64,000 nt of DNA. Source: Lama guanicoe (lineage: Eukaryota). Below are positions 25,147 to 37,649 of this stretch, piece after piece (the first letter of the stretch is position 1; each line of letters starts with the position of its first letter). Under the pieces are notes generated by a model that was given only the letters and a program-made list of their open reading frames with translations, did not search any database and had not been told where the DNA came from. The stretch spans positions 6,407,824 through 6,471,823 of the forward strand of contig MU054391.1 in assembly GCA_013239625.1 (NCBI GenBank), written 5' to 3'. A program made the translations under genes and the position numbers.

Positions 25147-25630
25147 TATTATTGAACTATTATTGTTATTATTGATTGAACTATTAAATTATTATTACTA
25201 TTATTGATTAAATTATTGATTATTTTTTAAATTTAAGTATAGTTGATTTATAATATTGTGTTAGTTTCAGGTGAACAGCAAAGTAATTCAGATATATATA
25301 TTATATATTACATATGTTATACATTATATATACAATATGTATATATATATAGTATATACATATATAAATCTATTCTTTTTCAGGTTCTTTTCCATGACAG
25401 GTTATTACAAGATATTGACTGTCATTCCTGGGGCTAGACAGTAGGCCTGTGTTGGTTATCTATTTTTCATGTGTCAATCACAAACTCCTAATTAATCCCC
25501 CCTGCAGCCCTTTCCCCTTTGGGAACCATAAGTTTGTTTTCTATGCCTGAGTCTATTTCCCATTTTGCAAATAAGTTCACTCATGTCATTTTTTTTTAGA
25601 TTCCACATGTAAGTGAGATCCTATGATCTT
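25147..25630 (-). mobile_element. L1 3' end with an ATT-expanded tail and internal TA-rich tract, inserted in a MIR
   Basis: L1 3' terminus tttaagtatagttgattta; actattattat on both flanks (25136-25146, 25640-25650). Confidence 0.8.
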
Positions 25631-28600
25631 AAGAAGGAAACTATTATTATCTCCTTTTTACAGCCTGCTCAACTCAAGTAACAGTATGGGTTCACTCAGC
25701 TGATGAGTAGAAGAGCCAGGAATTTAGCTCCAGATAGTGTGCTGGGAGCTAGTTCTTTGGCCAGGGTAGCAGAGGAGGGGTTTAGATTTTATTGTGCAAT
25801 ATTCAGAAGAATGAAGTTCAGATCGCAGGCCTACCATTAACTGCGCTCTTGATCAGATCAGTTCATCTCCTTGGGCCTGTTTCCTCATCTGTGAAATGAG
25901 GATCATGGCATTTCTTGAATGTTTATATCTTATTTTTATGCATGGATCACATCCTGCTCAGTGTTTTGTATTCATACCTTAGTGAATTGGGACAGCTCAG
26001 AATTCTGTTTACCATACTTGCTTTGCTCTACTATAGGTCTGGAAACTGATTTTTTTTTTTTTTTGCAAATCCCTCAGGAGCTTGCAAATACTGGGGTATA
26101 AAAAAATAAAACTTGTTAAGGGAAAGGAACAGGAGACTTCTTCTTTTCTGTCCATACTTGAGTGAATGAATCATGTGAATTCTGCTACCTTATTTTCTCC
26201 AACCAAAAAATGACCACCATCAGGACACTGTCCACCTAGATCAAAGTCCTTTGGACCCTTGGAGAAAGATGCTGGGTGACACAGGGATTATGATAATGTG
26301 TCAGAAGTAATGTGTGAAACCCCTAAGACCATCTAAGAAAGGAGAAGGGGGTGAGAGGTGAAAGGAATGTTTACTGAGCACGACTGGTTCCCAGGCTCTG
26401 TCTTTGGTGCCTCAAACGCCATTTGCTCTCATCCTCAGAACAAGCCTTAAAGGCAGCTTAATTGCCCTCCTTTTTTCAAAGGGGAACCTTGCAGCCCAGC
26501 AAGCTTGAGCAGCTTATCCGATTATCTGATTCCAAAGCGTAATCTTTCTGCAACACCACACTGACACTGAGGGACAACTCGGCTTACATTTTGCTCCACT
26601 AGAGAGCTGTCCCCATAGAAAAACTTCTCAGCAAAGCCTAGAAAAATCCACCTGAGCCGACTGTAGGTGGAATTATGTGTCTGCGCTAATTTGGAAAGAG
26701 CATCTTTGAAAGGGCTGTCTCCATGATGTACTAAAGAGGTCCAAGAGGGTGCCATCTGGGAGGGGCCAGTGGACAACAGACCAACTAGGCCAGCCTTGTC
26801 CTTCTGGTTCCCAAACCTGATGGGACTGTTCCATCCTGCACAGACTTCAGCTGGCTCAATGCAGAACCAGTGCTAGCGGCAGAAATATTTCTGGAATATC
26901 TAGCCAAAGCCAAATTAATAGCAAGCTAGAAATTATTCATGGCTGATGGCATTTCCTCCCCAGCCTTTATTCGGAGGAAGAGGTGGCATTCTTTATGACC
27001 TAGGTTCTTTCAAGATTGTGTCTGTGAACTTTTTTTCATAACCTGGGGTTATTCTAAAAGTGATGGTCAAGGCACTTAAACATGTAGTCCTTTAGCTGCA
27101 GATTTCAGAGCCTTTGGGAGTGTGGGGGGTGGTCGGAGAAACTGAATATGGGCTGTGCAGCATTGCTTCAGGCTGATATAAGCAAGAGAACCGTTTTTCT
27201 TCCATAAAGGGTAGGAACGCTGTTTTACTTCCTCCTAACATCCCTAAGGATCGGGCTCCACAACCTTTGGTTGATGTCTCCCTGTTTCTCTGTGTTAAAG
27301 ATTGAGCTCAGTTTACAGGGAAACTTGAGAGCAGAATACAAATTAGTTCAAAACTGGTAAGTACATATAATCGCTTTGAAAACTGCACATCAACCCCCCC
27401 CCCACCCCGGGCAAGTTAGTGGTGTTTCTCTCTCTCTCCTCTCTCTCTTTCTTCAAGATGTAAGTTGACCGACAAGATCTCTTTATTTGCTTTTGAAATC
27501 AAATAGATTTGACTCAAATTCTGAGCTGTGGTAAACTGCTGATGACATAGGGTTATCCTTAACTGATAAGATAGATTTGATAATTTTTTTATCTTTAAAA
27601 AGCAATCCATAGCAGGATGCCAAAGTTTAAACAGAACATATAATCTCAGTCATGCCAGAAAGCCCATATATATGAATATACATGAAACAATAACAAGGAG
27701 AAATTGAATGTTAGTGGTTATTTTCAGACCATGGAAATATAGGTGATTTTTTACTTTCTTCTTTGTACTTTTCTATGTTCTCCAAATTCTTTGCAATAAC
27801 CAGAGAAATACCTTAACAAGTGGGGAGGTAAAAAGGTTATTTTAAGAAAAACCAAGCAACCCCTAAAGCAGTAGATATCAAGAATTGTAAATTCCAATAG
27901 TTAACCAGAAACGTAAGATGTGAAAGACCAGAAAGATTGTAGATTTTGAGTAAGACAAGGAACACTACAGTTCTTATTCTTTTCTTAATCAGATGTCCGG
28001 GTGTTATTTTGTGTCTGAATCTTATTTCGTGAAACAAGCTTGTGTAAGGAAACCATATTTATAGAAAGAAGAAGGTTGTAAGCATAGCTGGGGACACTTC
28101 TAAATGGGTTGCCCAGTCTCTGAGAACCCAGGGCACTGGTTCTAAACGTGGAAGGCTACAGAAACGTGGGCTGAAGTGGGAAGCAGGACTTCTCTCCCAG
28201 AGCCAGGACCCAGGCTTGTAGCCTTGCTGGGAGCAGTGGGAAGGACCCAGGACTTGGATCAGAGACCTCAGTTCCACTCATAGCTCTGCCATTTATCAGT
28301 TGTGTGGCACCTGGCAATTCAAGCAGCATCTGTGGGCATCACTACTCTTCGTGGCAAATGAGGTCTGCTCTCAGCTCGAGATTATGTTTTCCCTGATGAA
28401 AGAATGGCATTACCACATAAAGTCCAGAATCGGAGACCACACAACAATGTCCAACCAGGCCACTCCTTCCCTGGAATTGCCACTTAACCTTCCTGTACGC
28501 ACTGGATTTCCTCATCCCTCGGTTTCAGGTGTCCTCCCTCAGGAAAGTGTTGCAAGGACTGACTAATGTACCCAAGTGTCCCAATCACGGTGATGCAGAG

Positions 28601-29089
28601 TGCAGGTGCTAGGAGTTCCAAGCTGCCAATCCCAAATCCACAATAGGATTGCAGTGTGATCCTGCTGTGACCTTAAAAGTCATCTTTCTGTCCTGCACCT
28701 GTGGCTTCTCATCCCAGCATATGCAGCTACACCTTACATCTCTTTCCAAAGCTCTAAAAGCATTCCTAACACTAGGTTGCCAGTCTGGCTAGTGTTATAG
28801 AGTAAGGGGGAGACCATTCTCAAGGGAAGCAACCAAATCTTCAACCCCACCCCCGCCCCCCAAGAAGAATTCTGAGATTTTTATCTTTCCCAGAAACCAC
28901 TGAAAATATTGTCCACGAAGAAGGATGCACTAAAGTTTCCTCCTTGACTCCAGAGGAAAGGAATTCTCAGAGTTATTATTATTATTAACACTCACACGTT
29001 AATTTCTAGGGGTTCCCTCTCTTTCAAAGAGCGCAGATCATGAACTCATGGTGCTAGACCGTAAGTTTTAAATCCCTCCTGTCTACGGG

Positions 29090-30050
29090 GCGATTTAGAT
29101 GGTGAGGTGGGCGCGTCGGGCAGTGGAGAGTTTCTTTGGCAACCGAGACCACGCTCACGCCCACATCGACAGGAAGCTATGTTTCTCTGCCCAGGTGTAT
29201 GTCCAAAACATATGTGACCCTGTTGCGTCGCTCTCCACAGGTGAGTCCTGTCTCTCGGTAATTCTCCTCGAGACCCCGTCCTCTGTCACTGTCCGGGGAT
29301 GGGGTGGGGGTGGAGAGGCGCGAGGCGGCGGCAGCCGAGGGTGCGTTTCCCGGCCTGGAGCGCTTTACCTTGCCTGCTTCCCTCGGTCGTCCGCTCTGCT
29401 ACGTCGTGGAGTTGGGGACCCCGTCCGATCCTCCCCAGAATGCCGCCAGGACCCAGCCCCGCCGGTCGGGGATCGGGGATCTCGGCCGAGACCCGAAGGG
29501 CCGGGCCCGCCGCCCTCTCACGCGGCGCGGTGGCGGCAGCGGGCAGGCGGGCAGGCGGGCAGGCGGGCAGGCGGGCGCCCCCGGCCCGGCGGCGGCGGGA
29601 GGCGGGGCAAATACCGCCGGGCGGGGACGCCTCCCGCTGGGATAAAAGCTCAGGGCGGGGCGTCGCGCCGCAGCCGCTGCCTCCCCGGAGCCGGCCGTGC
29701 GCTCCGGCCCCGCGCCCGCCCGCTGTCCGCCCGCGCGGCCCGCGGGCTCCCGGTAAGGACGCGCGGCGGATCGGGGACCCGATGCGACGTGGGGAGAGGG
29801 CCTGCGTCGCGTTCAGGGGACCGGCGCGAGTCGCCTGCGTCCCCTCGGTCCCCTCTTGGCCTCGGCCCACCGACACCGTCCAGAGCCGCGCTTTCTTCTT
29901 GGGAGCCAGGGCACCGGCGCCTCTGCTGCGCCCTCCCAGGGGCCGGGCAGGTGGCATCTCCCCAGGTTCTGCGCAGGGCCAGTTTGTCCCCAGACCAACA
30001 GCAGTCAAGACCGAAAGGAAATGTGTTCGCTGTGTGCGGGATTAGAAGGG
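29090..30050. promoter_or_regulatory. CpG island / promoter of ATP6V1C2
   Basis: Very GC- and CpG-rich; several GGCGGG boxes; TATA-like GATAAAAG at 29641-29648. Confidence 0.9.
29670..29752 (+). other. ATP6V1C2: ATP6V1C2 non-coding exon 1 (5' boundary approximate)
   Basis: Starts about 25-30 nt after the TATA-like box; no ATG; ends at donor CCG|GTAAGG (29753). Confidence 0.7.
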
Positions 30051-30810
30051 ACTAAGATTGTCTTGGAGTGGAGTGAGACTGGGTCCGCAAGAGAAGCTCG
30101 CCGATGGGTCTCTGGCTATCATCCCGTTTTTTCCATAGCCATCGGAGACGCTTTGAGAAGCGATGGAAGGGAGAAACAGGCCTAGGGGAGAAAGGTGTGG
30201 GTGCGTACACGTGCGTACACGTGTGAATGAGCAGAACTAATGCACTTCGGAGGCGCAGACGCTGGACAGAAACTACCAGCTAGGCCCGGCAAGTTATTCA
30301 CCGCTGCAGAGCAGACACGTAGTCTAGTGGAAAAACGACTTTAGGAGCTCCCCCCTCCCTCCTTATTTTATATAGAGTTTTAAAAGCTAGTACCAATCTC
30401 AGGGTCAGTCCGTTAAGATCTGGGGTTTGCCCGGACTGCCTGTTGTGGGACTACCTCCTTGCCTGAGTCAGTGGAACAGGAATCACACTCAGCCTTCCTC
30501 CTCCTTTCTTTAAAACTAGTCAGAACCACCCAAGGAAGGAGGATCTGGGAGTCTGCGAAGACCTGAGGGCTTTCTAAGTGGAGATTAGACAGTGAAGATC
30601 TGCACATTGCTTTGGGCAAGTCGCGTCCTTGGAACTATAGAAACTGACCTGGAAGGTCAAAGGGGAACAAATGGGAAAAGTGGAGAGGATTAATTGTGAG
30701 GGAAGGGAGTGGTGAAGAGCTGGAGATATTTGACACTTCTCTCCTCCTGTTTCTGTTTGTGTATGTTGCTGTGGTTCTGGTCAGTAACTGGATAAAAGAA
30801 GACTGGAAAC

Positions 30811-30939
30811 ATGTCGGAGTTTTGGTTAATTTCTGCCCCTGGAGATAAGGAAAATTTACAAGCACTAGAGAGGATGAATACAGTAACCTCCAAGTCCAAC
30901 CTGTCTTATAACACCAAATTCACGATTCCTGACTTCAAG
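30811..30939 (+). CDS. ATP6V1C2: V-type proton ATPase subunit C2, first coding exon ([43 protein letters not shown])
   Basis: Acceptor cag at 30784; in-frame TAA at 30793; aacATG start; 43 codons typical of subunit C2; donor AAG|GTAAAA. Confidence 0.96.
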
Positions 30940-32733
30940 GTAAAATTTCTGGGGAGGAGGAAGGAGGTGATGGGCTAGGGTGGGGTGCATGTCTTCTGGG
31001 AAGCCAAGGAGAAAACCACAGGGCAAAGGCATCCTCACTGAGGATACGCCTTGGGGTGAGGAAGGTCGGAGGAGTCAGTGTCTGTATGGGACTTCACGAA
31101 TAGCCCCAAATTAACTCTGGTGCCTATGGACTTAGAACCACAGGGCAGAATGAGAGGGAAAGAAGAGGGTGGTCTGCAGTGTCTTCAAAAAGTGGAAAGA
31201 GTGTGTCTTAGACACTTGGGTCCTCATGAATTGTTCTTGGATTCTTCCTGTTTTGTCTTCAGCATCTGAGTAGACTAACAACATGGCTTGGAGGCTTCAC
31301 AGATGTGTAGGCTTGGAGAGGTTCAGTCTTGATGGTGCTCTTGAACTGGGAACAGGGCAGGAAATCCAGGATCCCTCTGGTTCTGATGGAAGGGAAGGAG
31401 ATTTAGGGGTAACTGGGAAGATAGTAGAAAGATTTGAAAATGAAACAAGCATGAAGGAAGAGCAGGATAAGTACAGTCTTCTTACTTCAGAATGAGTGGT
31501 GCTTCCTCGAGGGCGAGAAGCCTAAGGCAGTCTTTCTGCCTTTACTGTGTAAATTCATCCTGGGTTCTGGAGCAATGTGCTAATTGCCCAGAGGCGGCTT
31601 TTCTAGCAAATACTATATAATCCTCTTTCAAACCTCAGCTTGCCCCTCTGGCAAAAGAACTGCAGTGTCAGCTGTCATAGTTGATGATGCTACTACATTT
31701 GCTAGTGTTTATGAAGCGGTTTGCTGGGGTCCAGGCCCTTCAAGTGCATGGTCTCAGATCTACACAATCCCTCATTATAGGCGAGGATGGACTGAGAAAG
31801 GAGACCAGGGCTGTAGAGCTGGTAAGTGGCAGCACTGGGATCTGAACCCATATCTTGCTGACCTTTCAAACCTGCCACTGTTTGTCCAGAGTCAGACACT
31901 GTGAAGGCTTAGTAAGTTAAAGCATCCACTCTTTGCTTACTGTGTGCGAGGCACTGTGCTAGACTGGAGGGAACAAAGACGAAAAAAAGACCTGACTTCT
32001 ACCCAAAGTTGCTTAAAATCAAGTTGCTTGAAAAGAAACAACTTCACTTACTAGAGCTATTCAGGATTCACACTTTCTTAATTACTTTTCAATGTCTGAT
32101 TGGTGGTTGATAACATGATAACAAACTTTTCTCCTTCTGATTCTGTGAGTAGACCTTCAAATACAATTTTGGACACTGGAATAATTTCCTCAATAAGAAA
32201 CAGATCACTATAAGTAATCTGACAAAAAAAGGTCTTTCACGAATGGGAGTGGGAGGAAAATCTGCCCCCGGCCCCAGCAAGATCATTGTTAATAATAGAA
32301 AAAAAGAACAGGGAGGGGTTGGCTGGACTACCTTGGAGAAGAAGGGCTTTCAGACATAGTAACTTCCTTTTAACTTGCTTTCTGGTACATCTCTTCCTTG
32401 ACTGTGAGGATTAATCCCCTGAAGAGTAGACTGCAATTCTGAGAGGTAAATAAGCTGAGAGCCAACCACAACACATAGTGACTCCTTCCTATGACAGAGA
32501 AAATGACAGTTCATCCTGTTGGCCAAAATAATAATAATAGTAATAATAATAATCCAAAATCCACTGATTTCCCTTGAGAGCTCTTCTCAATTTCCAGTTT
32601 GACCACTGATTAAGGACAACTCAGTCAAGATGGAAGTTACAGAATTCTCTGCACTGTTGTTGAAAGGGTGCACCCCCCACCCCCCACCCCCACTACAAAG
32701 CGTCAGTCTCTAACTTCTTTCCCATCTTTCTAG

Positions 32734-32801
32734 GTGGGGACCTTAGATTCCCTTGTTGGCCTCTCTGATGAGTTGGGGAAACTGGATACCTTTGCTGAAA
32801 G
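32734..32801 (+). CDS. ATP6V1C2: ATP6V1C2 second coding exon (VGTLDSLVGLSDELGKLDTFAE+2 nt)
   Basis: Polypyrimidine tract plus tag acceptor; 68 nt; conserved VGTLD motif of V-ATPase subunit C; donor AAG|GTAAAA. Confidence 0.96.
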
Positions 32802-35800
32802 GTAAAATATTTCTTATTTACTACATACAAGTGGGAATTTGACATTGTTGTCAGAGGACACAGTGCTCTTGCTTTGACTGAGCCCACACGCGTCTAAACC
32901 CGGTCCTAGAAGTCACAGGAAGAGCCAGAGAAGGTCTGGGTGAGGGGTGCTGGGTGGGCTACAGCAGCACACGGGGTCCCGTGTATAGTTTTGTTATTTG
33001 CGGAGGCAGCATTTTTTTAGGGGGCTGCCTTCAAAATGAAGAGGATCATGGCATAACTTACTGAAACACTTAGAAAAATGGTGCAGTTTTTCACCAAGGC
33101 TTTTCAACTTTTCTGTTTGGTTTTGTTTTTGTAGTAACATAGGCACATAGTAAAAAATTCAAAGTACTAAAGGAAGGCTCACTGGTGAAAACAGTTTTCC
33201 TACATCCTATTTCCTCATTTCCCCTCTTCTGAGACAATGTTCTTATAATTTTTAGGAGCCTTCCAGAGATAGCCTGTACATGTACAAAGAAACCTAAAGA
33301 TATTCTTAAAAACAATTTTATACAAATGAGAGCATACAGTCTGCCCCTAATCACATATCTTAGAGATAGTTACATGTCAGTCCCTAATTGCATTTTTTAA
33401 TGTAAAATTTTTTAAAAATTTTTTATCAAAATATTTCCATTTTATTTTTGTGTCATAAATTTCCAATTTTAACAACTTTGATCATTAGCTTATATAGTAA
33501 TACAAAAAATGAGGGAGAAAAAGATGTTAGTGTTAATTTTCATAAATTGCAGATTTAATTTTCAGTCGTTTCCTTCAGTAAACATCATCTCATTTCAAAT
33601 CCTCCCCGCCCCTACCCAAGGTGGGTATGTTAAAAAACTTTTCCTTAACGAATGTCGACCACCAAGAATAAATGAAAGATCCAAAAAAGGCAAGTTTGTT
33701 TTTGCCAACGTTTTTCTGGGTAAGATTTCTAAGGACAACAGTACTAAGTGAAAAATAACCTTTCATAATTAATATGAACACATGTAATAAAATAACAAGA
33801 ACATAATTTAGACCCCCCCATGATTATTTTGCAATTTTTAGGTCTCCGGTTATTAAAAAGATACCTAACTGAACAAGAACAATTACCTTCATATGTGGCC
33901 AAATTATTTTTACTAAAGTTATTTGAAAACATTTCTAGTTTTGGCCCTTACGAGAAGTTAATTTTCACACCCCCTCACCAATTGTATAAAGTTACTGTAT
34001 CAATACAGACCTTTACATTCAAAACGGGCTTCTTATTTTAGTCTACCACATAAGGACTGGCATCTTTTTCAAAACAATACTGCTAGCAGTAGGGTTAATT
34101 AAAGAGTGGCTTAAGTTCCTAATTGCATTTTTTTTTGAACTGGCTGCATTACCCTGAATAAATGGCATCTAATTTATTTGTAACTTCCTATTGATGGGCA
34201 TTTAAGTTTTCCAGCCTTTTGCTTTTATAAGCAATTCTGTAATGACGGTCCGTTTTCCTAGTTTATAGGAGTAGGATAATTAAAAGTTGAAATGCTGTGT
34301 CAAGAAGTGTTTGCGTTAAACGTTTACAGATATGTCCACATGACCCTCAGAGATGTTATTTCTATGCACACTCTCACCAAAATTGTTTGAGGATATTTTA
34401 GAGTCTTAAAATTATTTACTTGGAAAAATTATTATAAATCTGGTACATAATCATAAGAATATATTTACAGATCATAGAAAAGCATAAAAAGGAAAGTGTA
34501 AATCACTCATAAACATGCCGTCTGGAGATAATCACTGTTTTGTTATATTTGCAGTGTATACCTCCAATTTTTTCCTAAACATCAGTATTATTTGTGCATA
34601 CATATACTAATAAAGGTGACATCCTGTTATGCATATTTGGTAGCTTGCTTTTCCCTTCATATTGTGTTCTTTTGATCTCACTATGAACTTGTCCACTTGT
34701 CCACTGTATTTTCCATAATTTATCTTTTAGGTAGGTTTTAAGTAATAATAATTCCTCATTTTGGTGAAGATGAAACTCTGTCGTTGAACAAGTGTCTTAA
34801 CTTGGTTTTAAGAAAAATGCAGATGGGACAGATGAGGAAAGAGTCTTCGAGGGCCAGATCATACACCGACCGATCTGCATGACCAGAGAGACTGGGGTTT
34901 GACTGCTTGAGCCTCTATGGAGGGTTTCAGATTTTCAAGGCCTTTAGACACACGCTTTTTACTTTCTCAGTGAAATGATGATTACTGCCTTTCTGGTGCA
35001 TTTTCATGGAAAATGTATAATTAGGAGTTCCAGTGATCATACATCACGGTTTCTTATCTGCATCTTGGTGCCACAGGCTAGAAATTACATTTTCTGTTTC
35101 CCGGTTGCTGTTCCGCCACCCATCACTTAAGAATAGAAAGAATCCTTTGTTAGTAACCTTTTGCTATATGTGGGATGTTGGACTAACCGTATAAAGGCAG
35201 CCCTAATCACCAACCAGTTCTCATCTCACAGGCTTTGAGAAAGAAAACTCAACTTTGGCTTTGTCATCTGTAAAATGGGATAATAGTGATCATTTCTGTG
35301 CTTTCAGGGAAGAATAAAGGCGAATCTTGTTGCATCAAGAATGATCAAATCCCAGGACATGTTCTAGGAAAAACTAGCATCTAAGAAAAAGTGGCTTGAT
35401 CCCTAAATATCAGCTCCATTCTTAGGCTGCTCTGTCCCGTGGGAAGGTGGGTCTGACAGATACCACAGAGGCCAGCCCACTGCCCTAGGCTGGTGATTGC
35501 TTTGTTTTCTTGGCAGTCCTGACAAACCACAGCATGAGACTGTGCAGTGAGGTACAGCAGTTTTGGCTTAGGGAGTGTGAATTGTTCAAAAAGAAGAAAA
35601 AGTGTGAATTGTTCTCAGCCCTGCTGCAGAAATGACAGCTGGTCAGCATTTTTATCTTTCTAGACCTTTCTAGACCTTTCTTTGCTACCAATTTTCTTCC
35701 CTAGTACAAGTCCTTCTCCTCTTTTTTGTGCGCCAAAGCCCCCTCTAGCTCTAAAATTCTGTGACCCTGGATTATTGTTACTTCCACTTTCCTTTTTTGT

Positions 35801-37649
35801 TTGTTTGTTTGTTTCAGTAAACGTTAGTGTTTTGTTCTGTACCTATTGGTTGCACAAGTTGCTTGTGTTTAAAAAATAATGTGAAAACATGCAAGCAAGT
35901 CGAGTTAAGGTTATAATTGTGAAACAGGACCTGTATGAATGAAAGAGTTTTTTTCAAAAACAGGGCGAGGTGTGGTAAGAATGAAAATTACTGTGTGTTG
36001 TTTTATTTTTTCCTTGTGGGTGTCTAATCTCAAGAGCCTCCCTATCTGGGGGGAAAGGAAAAGTGCTGTGGTCTGAACACCCCAAAATTCTTATTGCCAG
36101 CATTTATCTAGCCCAGGGGTCAGATCACTTTTGTTTAGGGGTTAATACTGGAGCTTAGGGTAAAATAATGGGATATACTAATATGGAGATCAGCTTCCGT
36201 TAAAAGTAAGTAAGTGTTATTAGATAAATAAATGCTAGCTGGGTATGTAACCTGGGCAGCATAAACCTGTCAGCACTGCTTCTGGGCAGGAGAACAGAGA
36301 AGGGACAGGAGTTTTCAAGGTGTATTGTTTCCACATCCTTTTATTATTTATTTGCTTAGGGCGCCAGCGTGTTTTTCCATGAAGCTGAAAGGCAGCTTTT
36401 GCTTACCGGAGACTTGCTTTTCTTTTTGATTTATTCCTTCTTCCTGTCTTTGGTAATTTACTCTGTATTTACACTGTAATTCATGAACATTTGAGAAAAC
36501 AAATCACTTTATCTTTGGAAGACCCTCCCTGCGCCTTTTTTTTTTTCCAGTGTTTGAGTCCTGCACAGTTATCTTAGACTGGTTCATGGTGCTGGGTGAA
36601 ACATTGCGTTTCACTGGCACTTGGGCCTTCAGAGATGTCTCAAGGGTTTCTACGGAACTTTGGTGACTGTCCCCTGCCCCAGAGTGCATCACCTGACTTG
36701 TGGAATAACTGGTGGCTTTTCTTCATCCACGGGGCTCTGTGAAGTTGACTGAGGGTTGGCTGATCAAAGGTTGCACGTCTGAGTGTGAATGTGTGCTTAG
36801 TGATGCAGATCTTAGGGAGTTGGTTCTTCTGAGGGCATGCTAAAGAGATGCAAATTATAATATTTAAAAATTATCTAAGCTTCTTTTCTCTGTGACTGCA
36901 AGGCTATCAGGTTGAGATTATCTGTATGACACAGCTTGGAGCCTTGTACAAATATCAATTGAATGCTTGCTTATGCTGTGAGCTTTCTAGACTCCTCTGA
37001 GCTACTTAGTAGGCCTACTGTGTGTGTTCTCTGACCTCCTGCTCTCTGAAATGACTGTTTCAAGGCTTCCCCAAACCCTACTCTCCCCTGTTATCGCCTG
37101 ATCATCCGGTTCAGCTTCCCCAGACTCTCCTCACACCTCCCTGCCTTCAGATCTGACGACTGGCCCTCTTCTCCTAAAACCAAATGCACCCCCCACCTTC
37201 ATGGCGCCCTCCATGGTGGCCTTGTGCTTTTCTTGTGGCATCATCTGATGACTGCCTGCCCAGCTAGACTGTCAGCTCCAGAAGACCAGCTAAATGAATG
37301 AAGGGAAGAAAGCATCCTGGAACTTTCGAGCTGAACAGGACCTTAGAGATCTAACCTAACTCCTTCATGTTCCAGGTGAAGAAACATGCCCAGACAGAAG
37401 CCCCTAGAAAGAGCTTGGTGGGCTGAGGGTAGCGGAGGGGAAACAGACCCTTGATCCAGATTCGCCAAGTCACCCATTAATGCTCTGTCTGTGCCCACCC
37501 TGCCTCCAAGGGGTTCCCACCAGCCCCAACAGGACTTGGGGTCCTGGGCTTTATATGAACTGACCAGAAAAGGGCCCTTTCCTCTTCCCACCATCCCAGC
37601 TCCACCACCACCCAGGTATTTTTTATGATGTTTAATAGTATTTTTTAAT

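Noticed and set aside
29099..30055. 318-aa, 248-aa and 240-aa overlapping ORFs
   Set aside because: Stop-poor GC-rich CpG island; low-complexity Arg/Gly/Pro/Ala translations in several frames with no recognisable domain
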